A stretch of 64,000 bases of DNA, taken from the NCBI GenBank assembly GCA_045541455.1, contig JAZQJA010000058.1, forward strand, positions 115 through 64,114, in the 5' to 3' direction. Positions 7,704-17,289 of the stretch are shown piece by piece. The DNA is from Eubacteriales bacterium (GTDB lineage Bacteria > Bacillota > Clostridia > Oscillospirales > QAKW01). Every line of letters starts with the position of its first letter. The first letter of the stretch is position 1. The notes under the pieces are model-generated. The model worked only from the letters and a program-made list of their open reading frames with translations, was not told the DNA's origin and did not search any database. The position numbers and the translations under genes are program-made.

Positions 7704-9629
7704 TTATCTACGGCTTTTAATAACTTCATTAATGTGATTTATAAATGAATCAACATCCATCGAGCCTAAATCACCGTCTTTTCTTGAACGGACTGAAACT
7801 GTTTGACTTTGGGCCTCTTTGTCACCAATTATTAGCATAAATGGAGTTTTTTGCAACTGAGCTTCACGTATTTTATAACCAATTTTTTCGTTTCTGTAAT
7901 CTACATTTACTCTAAGTCCGGCTGCAAAAAGTTTGTCGCAAATCTCTTTTGCAAAATCTGCTTGTGCATCGCTTATAGGCATAATGGTAGCTTGTAACGG
8001 AGCAATCCAAGTGGGAAGGGCACCGGCGTATTTTTCAAGTATAAGTGCCAAGGTTCTTTCATAGCAACCAACAGCTGTTCTATGAATAATGCACGGTGTC
8101 TTTTTAATTCCGTCCTTATCAACAAATTCCATACCGAATTTTGCTGCTAACATTTGGTCAATTTGGATTGTGATCAGGGTATCCTCTTTTCCATAAACAT
8201 TTCGAATTTGTATATCAAGCTTAGGTCCGTAATAAGCCGCCTCGTCAATACCAATTGTGTATTTAACTCCTAACTTATCAAGGATTCTGCCCATCATTCC
8301 TTGTGATTCATCCCATTGTTCTTTGGTACCGATATATTTTTCTGTGTTGTTAGGATCCCACTGTGAAAAACGATATGAAATGTCATCTGAAAGACCTACA
8401 GCATCAAGCATAAACTGTGCAAGTTCAAGCGCGTTTTTAAACTCATCTTCAAGTTGTTCAGGCGTGCATATTATATGACCCTCTGAAATGGTGAACTGAC
8501 GCACTCTTATAAGTCCGTGCATTTCTCCTGATTCTTCATTTCTAAAAAGGGTAGATGTTTCACCAAGACGCATAGGTAAATCTCTGTATGAGCGCATTCT
8601 GTTAAGAAATACTTGGTATTGGAAAGGGCAAGTCATCGGGCGAAGAGCAAATACTTCTTTATCATTTTCGGGGTCGCCAAGTATGAACATACCATCGCGA
8701 TAATGGTCCCAGTGGCCAGAAATTTTATAAAGGTCACTTTTTGCCATAAGCGGTGTTTTGGTTAATAGGTAACCGCGTTTGTATTCTTCGTCTTCGACAA
8801 ATCTTTGTAGTAATTGTATTACTTTTGCACCTTTAGGCAATAGTACGGGCAAGCCTTGTCCGATAACATCTGACGTTGTGAAATACTCTAATTCTCTTCC
8901 TAGTTTGTTATGGTCTCTCTTTTTTGCTTCTTCAAGCATGTTCAAATGATCTTCAAGTTCTGATGCTTTTGGAAAAGCAATGCCGTAAATTCGTTGAAGT
9001 GATTTGTTTTTACTGTCACCACGCCAATATGCACCGGTAGATGATAAGAGAGCTATTGCTTTAATTTTTGATATATCAAAAAGATGGGGGCCTGCACAAA
9101 GGTCAATGAAATCACCTTGTTTGTAAAGTGATATTACTTCACCTTTTGAGGAATGTTCTTCAATGAGTTCTAATTTATAAGGCTCATCCTTCATGATTTC
9201 TTTTGCTTCATCAGCTGAAACTTCGATACGTTCCATTTTATATCTTTCTTTAACGAGACGTTTCATTTCAGCGGTGATTTTTTCAAGGTCAGATGAGTTG
9301 AAAGGGGTTTCAATGTCAAAATCATAATAGAAACCCGAATCAATTGCAGGACCTATTGCAAGTTTTGCATTAGGAAATAGATTTTTAACGGCTTGTGCAA
9401 GTACATGCGAAGCGGTATGCCAAAAAATCTTTTTTCCGTCTAAAGAATCTAAAGTGAGTGTTTCGATTACATCACCGTCGTTAAAACCATCAGTTAGAGA
9501 GGTGGTTTTGTTTACTATTTTACAACCAACACTTGCACGCGCAAGTGCCGGATCAATTTCAAAAATCGCGTCAAAAACCGTTTTTGCATCAGTTTGCAGT
9601 TCGGCTCCGTTAATAAATACCTTTTTCAC
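7704..9629 (-). CDS. thrS: Threonyl-tRNA synthetase
   Basis: 641 aa with a TGS N-terminus, an HxxxH editing-domain motif (HTASHVLAQAV), class II core motifs and an anticodon-binding C-terminus. The start is GTG, preceded by SD aaggtg. Confidence 0.95.
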   Translation of the reverse strand: MKKVFINGAELQTDAKTVFDAIFEIDPALARASVGCKIVNKTTSLTDGFNDGDVIETLTLDSLDGKKIFWHTASHVLAQAVKNLFPNAKLAIGPAIDSGFYYDFDIETPFNSSDLEKITAEMKRLVKERYKMERIEVSADEAKEIMKDEPYKLELIEEHSSKGEVISLYKQGDFIDLCAGPHLFDISKIKAIALLSSTGAYWRGDSKNKSLQRIYGIAFPKASELEDHLNMLEEAKKRDHNKLGRELEYFTTSDVIGQGLPVLLPKGAKVIQLLQRFVEDEEYKRGYLLTKTPLMAKSDLYKISGHWDHYRDGMFILGDPENDKEVFALRPMTCPFQYQVFLNRMRSYRDLPMRLGETSTLFRNEESGEMHGLIRVRQFTISEGHIICTPEQLEDEFKNALELAQFMLDAVGLSDDISYRFSQWDPNNTEKYIGTKEQWDESQGMMGRILDKLGVKYTIGIDEAAYYGPKLDIQIRNVYGKEDTLITIQIDQMLAAKFGMEFVDKDGIKKTPCIIHRTAVGCYERTLALILEKYAGALPTWIAPLQATIMPISDAQADFAKEICDKLFAAGLRVNVDYRNEKIGYKIREAQLQKTPFMLIIGDKEAQSQTVSVRSRKDGDLGSMDVDSFINHINEVIKSRR

Positions 9630-9768
9630 ATTTTACACCTTCTTAAACTTTATATTTAGTTATTATATATTTATTTTTAATTAATTTCAATAGTTAATAT
9701 TGAAATTATGCTTTACAATCTTTTTTTTATATAATATAATTTATATGTAAAAATTCTAAGGAGTTAAT

Positions 9769-10266
9769 ATGAGAAGAGATAAATTTAATTATTATTTAGA
9801 TATTGCAGAAACTGCTATTTCAAGAGGAACTTGCCTTCGCAGAAATTTTGGCGCCATAATTGTTAAAAACGACCAGATAATTTCAACCGGTTATACAGGT
9901 GCGCCAAGAGGTAGAAAAAACTGTTGTGATTGCGGAGAATGCATTAGGGAAAAACTCAATCTTCGCCGCGGTGAACGTTATGAACTATGTAGGTCAGTTC
10001 ATGCTGAGGCAAATTGTATTATTTCTGCTGCTAGAAATGATATGATTGGTTCAACATTATTTTTGGTTGGTAAAGAGGCAGTAAGCGGTGATTATGTAAA
10101 AAACGCTAATTCCTGTGCAATGTGTCAGCGTATGATAATTAATGCTGGCATTGAAAAAGTTGTAGTTCGTGATGATATGGACAATTACCGTATTATTATG
10201 GTTAGTGATTGGATAGAAAATGATGATTCTTTGATGGGTCTTTCTGCCTATTCAGAGCAAAAATAA
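9769..10266 (+). CDS. comEB: dCMP deaminase (ComEB family)
   Basis: HAEANCI and CAMCQRMIINAGI zinc-binding cytidine/deoxycytidylate deaminase motifs. Confidence 0.85.
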   Translation: MRRDKFNYYLDIAETAISRGTCLRRNFGAIIVKNDQIISTGYTGAPRGRKNCCDCGECIREKLNLRRGERYELCRSVHAEANCIISAARNDMIGSTLFLVGKEAVSGDYVKNANSCAMCQRMIINAGIEKVVVRDDMDNYRIIMVSDWIENDDSLMGLSAYSEQK

Positions 10267-10269
10267 TCA

Positions 10270-10301
10270 AAAAGGTGTATACACGATGTATACACCTTTT
10301 T
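10270..10301. terminator. Bidirectional terminator
   Basis: aaaaggtgtatacacgatgtatacaccttttt hairpin between two convergent genes. Confidence 0.7.
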
Positions 10302-10303
10302 GA

Positions 10304-11092
10304 TTATTTGCAGTTTTTATAATCGGGTGGGAAAAACTCGTTTGTAGGGAAAGAAAGTCGCTCAAAATAATTACAGGGTTCTTCTTCATCAATAGGCTTG
10401 CATTCTTTGTCAGGAAGGTTAAATTTTGCAGAAGGGATTAAAAGTTGTACTTCTCTCACAATTCTTACAATGCTGAAGATACCAATTGTTACAATAAGGT
10501 TTCTTTCACTGTTTGATGTAAGTCCCTCGTTAAAGCAACAAAGTACACATTCCGGTAACGCTTGTAAATCGGTTTCACAACAACAAATCTTGCTATTTGC
10601 TGGCACTGTTTTGGCACTTAAAACTATTGGGTCAACAACATCTACTTGTGCTATTGGTAGGTTCTTGCTTGATTTTGTATGTCTTATTCCTTCATTTTCG
10701 TCATATTTGGACGAATATGTCACGCTGTTTCCTTCACTACCGAAAAGTATTACTGTTTTGTTACATGACGCAAGGCCTTGAACAATTATCGGTCTACCCA
10801 TTCCTGTGTAAACTTCAAATTCTAATAAAAAGAAGAATATAATGTTTACAGAGTAAAAGCCTTTGTTAAATGGAACTGGATCAAGGTCAACTGAAGTCCA
10901 AATCAGTTCGGATTTATGTGTTCGAACATTGATTGCGTTATCAATCACTTTTTGGTCTTGAGGATTAAGATAAACTCTGAGATCCGCAAAACAGTCTTTA
11001 TCTTTGCATGTGTCATAGATGCGTTGGACATTTACACAAACTTCGTCTTTGAATTTACAATCTACAATGTTTGTTGATTCAATATTTTCCAT
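10304..11092 (-). CDS. Cys-rich hypothetical protein (about 16 Cys, no signal peptide), possibly a spore coat/cortex-associated protein
   Basis: 262-aa ORF with a strong SD (aggagg). Cys clusters include CKDKDC, ICCCETD and ECVLCC. I do not recognise a named family. Confidence 0.6.
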   Translation of the reverse strand: MENIESTNIVDCKFKDEVCVNVQRIYDTCKDKDCFADLRVYLNPQDQKVIDNAINVRTHKSELIWTSVDLDPVPFNKGFYSVNIIFFFLLEFEVYTGMGRPIIVQGLASCNKTVILFGSEGNSVTYSSKYDENEGIRHTKSSKNLPIAQVDVVDPIVLSAKTVPANSKICCCETDLQALPECVLCCFNEGLTSNSERNLIVTIGIFSIVRIVREVQLLIPSAKFNLPDKECKPIDEEEPCNYFERLSFPTNEFFPPDYKNCK

Positions 11093-11299
11093 ACTTTTCC
11101 TCCTAAAAATATTAGCTAAACAGCTTTCATAATTATTCTATGTTTTTTATATTTTTTGGTTAAAAAAACTTGAACTTATTTATTTTGTATGTTATAATAC
11201 ATAAAAACAATATATATTTAGCGTAAATTTTCTTTATGCAGACCGTAAAATATGTTTTTATTAAATTACGCCGCCATTCATGGCAGAACGGAGTTTATT

Positions 11300-11920
11300 A
11301 TGAAATTTAGAAGAATTGTTTCAATTGCATTACTTTTATGTATGTGTTTCTCACTTGTTGCTTGTAAATCAGGCGCAGGGGAGGCAAAAAAAGTTGTTGA
11401 AGATTTTATGACAGCACTTACTACATACGACCTTGACGCGATGGCAAAATGTGTTGAAGATATTCCTGATAATACAGGCTCTATTTATAAACACGACATT
11501 TTTACTGAGGATTATTATAAAGATTTATATGCAGCAGCAAACGAAAAACTTACTTATAGTATAGTTTCTGCATCTTCAAAAGAAGTTAAATTAAAGGTTA
11601 CAATGCCTGACGTTTACGGTTTATACCAAGAAAAATTTATGTCAGTTCTTTCTCAGGCAATTTCTGATGATAAAATGCAAGAATATGTACTTGATGAAAA
11701 AAATGACCCGCAGCTTTTGGTTATCGCTCTTATGATTACTGATATCGAGTCAAACGGCATTGATACTGTAGAAGAAGAAATTACATTATCTGTTGGTAAA
11801 ATCAATGGCGAGTATAGAATTCTTACAGATGATAATTTAAAACTTTTAATGACAAGTAAACTTTCACTTTCTCAGCAAGAATCAGAAACAGAAACAACTG
11901 AAGAAAACACTGAGGCTTAA
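11300..11920 (+). CDS. Lipoprotein, function unknown
   Basis: The ATG at 11300 follows SD ggag. Signal peptide with lipobox MKFRRIVSIALLLCMCFSLVAC, and an acidic C-terminal tail. Confidence 0.65.
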   Translation: MKFRRIVSIALLLCMCFSLVACKSGAGEAKKVVEDFMTALTTYDLDAMAKCVEDIPDNTGSIYKHDIFTEDYYKDLYAAANEKLTYSIVSASSKEVKLKVTMPDVYGLYQEKFMSVLSQAISDDKMQEYVLDEKNDPQLLVIALMITDIESNGIDTVEEEITLSVGKINGEYRILTDDNLKLLMTSKLSLSQQESETETTEENTEA

Positions 11921-11930
11921 TGCTTTAAAA

Positions 11931-11957
11931 ACGGGAACGTATTGTTCCCGTTTTTTT
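11931..11957 (+). terminator. Intrinsic terminator after the lipoprotein gene
   Basis: cgggaac-gtatt-gttcccg followed by T7. It lies inside the 5' extension of the tracked ORF 11942..13603, which argues for the later PBP start. Confidence 0.7.
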
Positions 11958-11998
11958 ATTGTCTTTTTGTCAATAATAGACTTAAAGGCGGTGTTAAT

Positions 11999-13603
11999 AT
12001 GTGGGTTAAGCGCAGTGGAATAACGTACATTGTATTTACTTTACTATTTTGCTCACTTATTTTAAGATTGTTTTATGTATCTTTTGGTGACATTAAAGAA
12101 AAAGCTATGACAGTAGCAGGTGGAAAAACTGCAACAGTTGATATTTATACGTCAAAAGGTATTATATATGATAGAGATTTGTGCGCATTAGCAGGAAACC
12201 AATTTGTTTATTATCTGGTTATCAATCCCCGTGAATTTGATAAAACTTGTATACAATACATTTCAGACCTTACAAATGTTGATGTTGAATTAATAAATGA
12301 AAAATTAAATAAAGAATCACTTTTTATTTTATCTAGTTATTATAAACCAGAAGTTGTAAAGGGAATGTATGTATGTGAAGGGACGGCTAGATATCCTAAA
12401 ACAACTGTATGTGAGCATCTTATCGGTTATCTTGATTCCGACGGTGTTGTTGGTCTTTCGGGACTTGAAAAAGCATTTAATGATGAATTATCCAAATATA
12501 TTTCAACCACTTCAATGACTTATGTAGCTGATGCAACGCGTGGTATGATACCTAGTTTGGAAACTACAACTAAAAAAGAAAGCGAAGATACACTTAACGG
12601 AATTATTACTACCATTGACAAAAAATTATCACTTTTCGTTAAACAGTCGATGTATGAATATATTGAAAAAGGCTGTGCAGTAGTTATGGATTGTGATTCG
12701 GGTGAAATTTTATCTATGTGTTCAACACCTTCGTTTAATGCAAATAATATTGATAGTTACATTGATTCTGATAATGGTGAACTTATAAACAATGCCATGG
12801 TAAACCAAACAGTAGGTTCTGTATTTAAAATGATTGTTGCAACGTGTGCATTACAAAACGGACTTGACGGATTTACCTACGAATGCAGTGGTGCAATTAA
12901 TATTAGTGGAAGGACTTTTACCTGTCAAAATCAAAAAGCTCACTCAAATGTCGGATTAAAAGAAGCTTTTGCGCAGTCTTGCAATTGTTATTTTATAGCT
13001 ATTGGTCAGTTACTTGGATTTGATAAAGTTGTTGAAACAGCTCAATTATTTGGTGTGGACAGTAATATTAAAATTACTAAAAATCTATACTCCTCTGCAG
13101 GAAAACTTCCAAAAGAAAGCGGATCGTTAGCTCTTGCTAATTTAAGCATAGGTCAGGGTGAGTTGATGGTAACTCCGCTTGAAGTTGCTCGCATTACTGC
13201 AGTTATGTGCAATGGCGGCTTTTTAGTAAATCCGTCGGTCTATTATGGTATTTATGATAACGGGACAATAACATCAAAGAGCGAGTACAGTTATAAAAGT
13301 CAGATTATAAGTAGTGCGATTTCAGAGAAACTAAAAGAAATGTGTAATCTTTGTGTTACCAATGGTACAGGTATAAAAGCCAAGCCAAAACTAAACAGCG
13401 CAGGAGGTAAAACCGCGAGTGCGCAGACGGGTCAATTTGATGGTGAAGGGAAAGAAATTTTAAACACATATTTTACAGGCTTCTATCCGGCAGATAATCC
13501 AAAATATGTTATAACCGTATTTGCTTTAAATGGAAAATCAGGCTCGGAAACATGCGCTCCGGTATTTGCTGAAATATGTGACTTTATAGCACAAAATTAT
13601 TGA
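11999..13603 (+). CDS. Class B penicillin-binding protein (FtsI/SpoVD/PBP2-type transpeptidase)
   Basis: N-terminal TM anchor. SxxK is present (GSVFKM) and SxN is present (QSCN). The third box reads GKTASAQ, i.e. KTA rather than KTG. Confidence 0.8.
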   Translation: MWVKRSGITYIVFTLLFCSLILRLFYVSFGDIKEKAMTVAGGKTATVDIYTSKGIIYDRDLCALAGNQFVYYLVINPREFDKTCIQYISDLTNVDVELINEKLNKESLFILSSYYKPEVVKGMYVCEGTARYPKTTVCEHLIGYLDSDGVVGLSGLEKAFNDELSKYISTTSMTYVADATRGMIPSLETTTKKESEDTLNGIITTIDKKLSLFVKQSMYEYIEKGCAVVMDCDSGEILSMCSTPSFNANNIDSYIDSDNGELINNAMVNQTVGSVFKMIVATCALQNGLDGFTYECSGAINISGRTFTCQNQKAHSNVGLKEAFAQSCNCYFIAIGQLLGFDKVVETAQLFGVDSNIKITKNLYSSAGKLPKESGSLALANLSIGQGELMVTPLEVARITAVMCNGGFLVNPSVYYGIYDNGTITSKSEYSYKSQIISSAISEKLKEMCNLCVTNGTGIKAKPKLNSAGGKTASAQTGQFDGEGKEILNTYFTGFYPADNPKYVITVFALNGKSGSETCAPVFAEICDFIAQNY

Positions 13604-13639
13604 CACATTAATTTATTGTGTTATAATAAATATTATACT

Positions 13640-13858
13640 GTTACATTGATGAAAATCTTTAATTAATTTATTACGATTTACAGAGAAAAAGCCGGCGCTG
13701 AGAGGCTTTTAACCGTATTTAATTAAAGGGCTGTTTTTTGAGTGACGGTCGCTTTACTGCGTTAAAAGTTACTAGAGTGGCACATTGTGCAATCAGGGTG
13801 GTACCGCGGTTTTTCGCCCCTGAGTTGTATTATGTGCTTATTTTTTTGGAGGTATTAT
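13640..13858 (+). promoter_or_regulatory. T-box riboswitch leader, Ala (GCU) specifier, controlling alaS
   Basis: Promoter TTGACA (13601-06) plus TGtTATAAT (13620-28). AGAGA bulge and distal stem-loop. Candidate specifier UUAAAGG-GCU-G at 13730-32, found by alignment to the glyQS-type specifier loop. Conserved T-box AATCAGGGTGGTACCGCG at 13791-13808. A long helix ends in a T-run at about 13846-53. Confidence 0.9.
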
Positions 13859-13860
13859 TT

Positions 13861-16482
13861 ATGAAATACACGGGATTAAATGAACTTAGAGAAATGTTTC
13901 TCTCATTTTTTGAAAGTAAAGCTCATTGTAGGCTTGATAGTTTTCCGCTATTGCCGATAAATGACGAAAGTCTATTACTAATAAATTCAGGTATGGCACC
14001 TATGAAAAAATATTTTCTTGGTAAGGAAACACCACCATCAAAACGTGTGACAACATGCCAAAAATGCATTAGAACGCCTGACATAGAAAATGTCGGTAAA
14101 ACATCAAGACACGGTACATATTTTGAAATGCTTGGTAATTTCTCGTTTGGTGATTATTTCAAACATGAAGCTACCGCTTGGGCTTGGGAATTTATTACTG
14201 AGGTTTTGGAAATTCCGGTGGATAGACTTTATGTATCAGTATTTCATGATGATGATGAAGCCGTTGAAATTTGGACAAAAGAGGTTGGCGTTCCTGAGGA
14301 TAGAATTGTAAGGCTCGGCAGGGAAGACAACTTTTGGGAAATTGGCAGCGGCCCTTGTGGTCCGTGTAGTGAAATTTATTTTGACCGTGGTGAGCAGTAT
14401 GGCTGTGATAATCCAAACTGTGCACCCGGTTGTGACTGTGATAGATTTGTAGAGTTTTGGAATCTTGTTTTCTCTCAATTTGACAGCGACGGTGAGGGAA
14501 CATATACACCTATGGAGCATCCTAATATTGATACAGGTATGGGCCTTGAAAGGCTTGCTTGTATCATGCAGGGTGTAGATAATCTGTTTGAGGTCGACAC
14601 AGTACAGAATATTTTACAACACGCTTCAAAAATTGCCGGTGTTGAATATAAAAAAGATGAAAAGACTGATATATCCATTCGTGTTATAACAGACCATATA
14701 AGAAGCGTTACATTTATGCTTTGTGATGGCATACAACCTTCTAACGAAGGCAGAGGATATGTTCTTAAGAGACTTTTAAGAAGGGCAGCTCGTCACGGCC
14801 GTTTACTAGGCATTGAAAAACCGTTTTTATATGAACTTTGCTGCACAGTTATCGAAGAAAATAAAAACGCTTATCCTGAACTTGTTGCTAAAAAAGATTA
14901 TATTGTTAAGAGCATAAAAAATGAAGAAGATGTTTTCTTAAAAACAATTGACAAGGGTATGGAAATGCTTTCAAACTTTATGAATAAAGCAGAAAGCACT
15001 ATTATTCCGGGTGATGTGGCTTTTAAACTCTATGATACTTACGGTTTTCCTGTAGATCTTACTGCCGATATTGCTTCTGAGAAAAATATGACTGTTGATG
15101 AAGATGGCTTTAATAAACTAATGCAACAGCAAAAAGATAGGGCTAGAAAAGCGCGACTTGATAGTGATATTATCGGTTGGAAAGACGAGGTTTTAGATTA
15201 TCTTAAAGATGATAATTCAAACTTTGTTGGCTATGACACTTATAGTTGTGAGGCACAAGTTGTTGCAATTGTTAAAAATGGCGAAATTACTGATACAGCC
15301 TCAAGCGGTGATGATGTAATAGTGGTTGTTGATAAAACACCTTTTTATGCCGAAAGCGGCGGTCAGGTAGCTGATATAGGTGAACTGCTATTTGATAGTG
15401 CCAGAGTTGAAATTTCTGATTGTAAAAAAGATTCACTTAAGCATTTTCTTCATATCGGTAATGTTAAAAGCGGAAAAATTTCTGTAGGAGATAAGTGTAC
15501 CGCAGTTATTGATGCTAAAAGACGTGATTCTATTAAGCGTAATCATACAAGCGCTCATCTGTTGCAAGCTGCACTTCGTGAAGTGCTTGGCGACCATGTT
15601 CATCAAGCGGGTTCTTATGTTGATTCTCAAAGATGTAGATTTGACTTTACTCATTTTTCATCAGTGTCAGCAGATGAAATCAAAAAGATTGAATCGATTG
15701 TTAATGAGCAGATTTTAAATGATACCCCTGTAGAAAACTATGAAACTGATTTTGAAAATGCCAAAGGCGCTATGGCTCTGTTTGGTGAGAAGTACGGAGA
15801 TAGAGTAAGAGTATGTAAAGTTGGGAATTTTTCATACGAACTTTGTGGTGGTACACATATCGAAAACACCGGAAAGATAGGTTTGTTTAAAATTATTTCA
15901 GAGGGCTCTGTATCTTCAGGTGTAAGAAGAATAGAGGCTGTTACAGGTTACGGAATACTGGACTTGATTGATGATTATAACACTAAATTATATAATGCGG
16001 CATCTGTATTAAAAATTACAAATGTTGCAGAACTGCCTAATAAATGTTTATCTCTGACAGAAGAACTTAAAAAGGTTAAATCTGAACTCGCAGCTGCAAA
16101 CGAAAAGACTGCATTGGCTCAAAGCGGTGCAATTTTAGATAATGCTGATATAATTAAAGGCATAAAAGTTTCAAAAGCAATATTAAAAGATACAAATTCA
16201 AAAACTGCACGTACAATATGTGATGGATTGCGTGACAAGTATAATAACTTTACAGCTATAATTGCCGCTATAGATGGTGACAAGGCAACTTTGCATGTTG
16301 TATGTTCAAAAGAAGCTATAGAAAAAGGCGCTCATGCAGGTAAAATTGTTGGAGAAGTAGCTGCAGTCACAGGTGGTAAAGGCGGTGGCAAGCCGGAAAA
16401 TGCTACTGCGGGTGTTGGAGATGTTTCAAAAATTGAACAAGCGCTCAATGCTGCAAGTTTAATAGTAGATAAATATCTATAA
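13861..16482 (+). CDS. alaS: Alanyl-tRNA synthetase
   Basis: Start at MKYTGLNELREMFLSFFESKAH, after ggagg. The upstream part of the tracked ORF is the T-box leader. 874 aa, with class II AlaRS core, the HxxxH/CxxxH editing domain and a C-Ala domain. Confidence 0.95.
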   Translation: MKYTGLNELREMFLSFFESKAHCRLDSFPLLPINDESLLLINSGMAPMKKYFLGKETPPSKRVTTCQKCIRTPDIENVGKTSRHGTYFEMLGNFSFGDYFKHEATAWAWEFITEVLEIPVDRLYVSVFHDDDEAVEIWTKEVGVPEDRIVRLGREDNFWEIGSGPCGPCSEIYFDRGEQYGCDNPNCAPGCDCDRFVEFWNLVFSQFDSDGEGTYTPMEHPNIDTGMGLERLACIMQGVDNLFEVDTVQNILQHASKIAGVEYKKDEKTDISIRVITDHIRSVTFMLCDGIQPSNEGRGYVLKRLLRRAARHGRLLGIEKPFLYELCCTVIEENKNAYPELVAKKDYIVKSIKNEEDVFLKTIDKGMEMLSNFMNKAESTIIPGDVAFKLYDTYGFPVDLTADIASEKNMTVDEDGFNKLMQQQKDRARKARLDSDIIGWKDEVLDYLKDDNSNFVGYDTYSCEAQVVAIVKNGEITDTASSGDDVIVVVDKTPFYAESGGQVADIGELLFDSARVEISDCKKDSLKHFLHIGNVKSGKISVGDKCTAVIDAKRRDSIKRNHTSAHLLQAALREVLGDHVHQAGSYVDSQRCRFDFTHFSSVSADEIKKIESIVNEQILNDTPVENYETDFENAKGAMALFGEKYGDRVRVCKVGNFSYELCGGTHIENTGKIGLFKIISEGSVSSGVRRIEAVTGYGILDLIDDYNTKLYNAASVLKITNVAELPNKCLSLTEELKKVKSELAAANEKTALAQSGAILDNADIIKGIKVSKAILKDTNSKTARTICDGLRDKYNNFTAIIAAIDGDKATLHVVCSKEAIEKGAHAGKIVGEVAAVTGGKGGGKPENATAGVGDVSKIEQALNAASLIVDKYL

Positions 16483-16495
16483 TAGGAGAAGTATT

Positions 16496-16837
16496 ATGTC
16501 TGATTGTCTTTTTTGTAAAATTATAAATGGCGAAATACCTTCTCAGAAGGTATATGAAGATGAAACTGTTTTTGCATTTAAAGATATAAATCCAATGGCA
16601 CCTGTTCATATTCTTGTAATTCCTAAACAGCATATAACTAATTTATTGGAAATTGGTGAGGATAATAGCCAGATTGTTTCACATATTTTTGAGGTTATAG
16701 CAACTATTGCGAAAGAATTCAAACTTGAAAAAGGATTTAGAGTTGTTTCTAACTGTAATGAATATGCAGGACAAACAGTGTTTCATTTACATTTTCATGT
16801 TCTTGGTGGCAAGCAATTGTCAGACCAAATGGCTTAA
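16496..16837 (+). CDS. hinT: HIT-family (histidine triad) nucleotide hydrolase
   Basis: HLHFHVLGG histidine triad, 113 aa. Confidence 0.9.
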   Translation: MSDCLFCKIINGEIPSQKVYEDETVFAFKDINPMAPVHILVIPKQHITNLLEIGEDNSQIVSHIFEVIATIAKEFKLEKGFRVVSNCNEYAGQTVFHLHFHVLGGKQLSDQMA

Positions 16838-16840
16838 TAA

Positions 16841-16876
16841 AAGCCCCCGGTTAAGAATTATTCGGGGGCTTTTTTA
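16841..16876 (+). terminator. Intrinsic terminator after alaS-hit
   Basis: agcccccg...cgggggct followed by T5. Confidence 0.75.
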
Positions 16877-16924
16877 TTTGTTAAAATGTTGACATATCAA
16901 TATTAATATGATATTATTTAAAAA

Positions 16925-17186
16925 ATAAACCGATGATTAAGATTAGTAACTGGTAAAGAAAACTCTAAGAGAACTGCAGATGGTGTGATTGCAGTAGTGG
17001 ATTTTCAGTGAATGGACTTATGAGGGCGGCCGAAAGCTTTTAGCAAGTAGTAACCGACGGGGTGCACACGTTAGTTGCAAAGCGTATGATAGTGCGCATA
17101 AGTGGATGTGTTTGCATCAATTTGGGTGGCACCGCGTATCTTATTGATTCGTCCCAAGTATCTGTGAGGATACTTGGGTTTTTTTA
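16925..17186 (+). promoter_or_regulatory. T-box riboswitch leader, Trp (UGG) specifier
   Basis: Promoter TTGACA (16889-94), 17-nt spacer, TGaTATTAT. Specifier context GAA-UGG-A at 17013-15. T-box AATTTGGGTGGCACCGCG at 17119-36. Terminator cccaagtatc...gatacttggg plus T7 at 17153-86. Confidence 0.9.
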
Positions 17187-17289
17187 TAATTAATATTATT
17201 TGGAGGATTTAGTGGTGTTTTTATTGTCTAAGCGATGGTGCGGTAATATTTTAAACCAATTTTGATATTAATAATTTAAGGAGAAAAAT

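Noticed and set aside
13738-13860. 41-codon N-terminal extension of the alaS ORF, starting at TTG 13738
   Set aside because: The extension covers the T-box conserved sequence and the terminator of the alaS leader. The ATG at 13861 has a GGAGG SD and gives the canonical AlaRS N-terminus.
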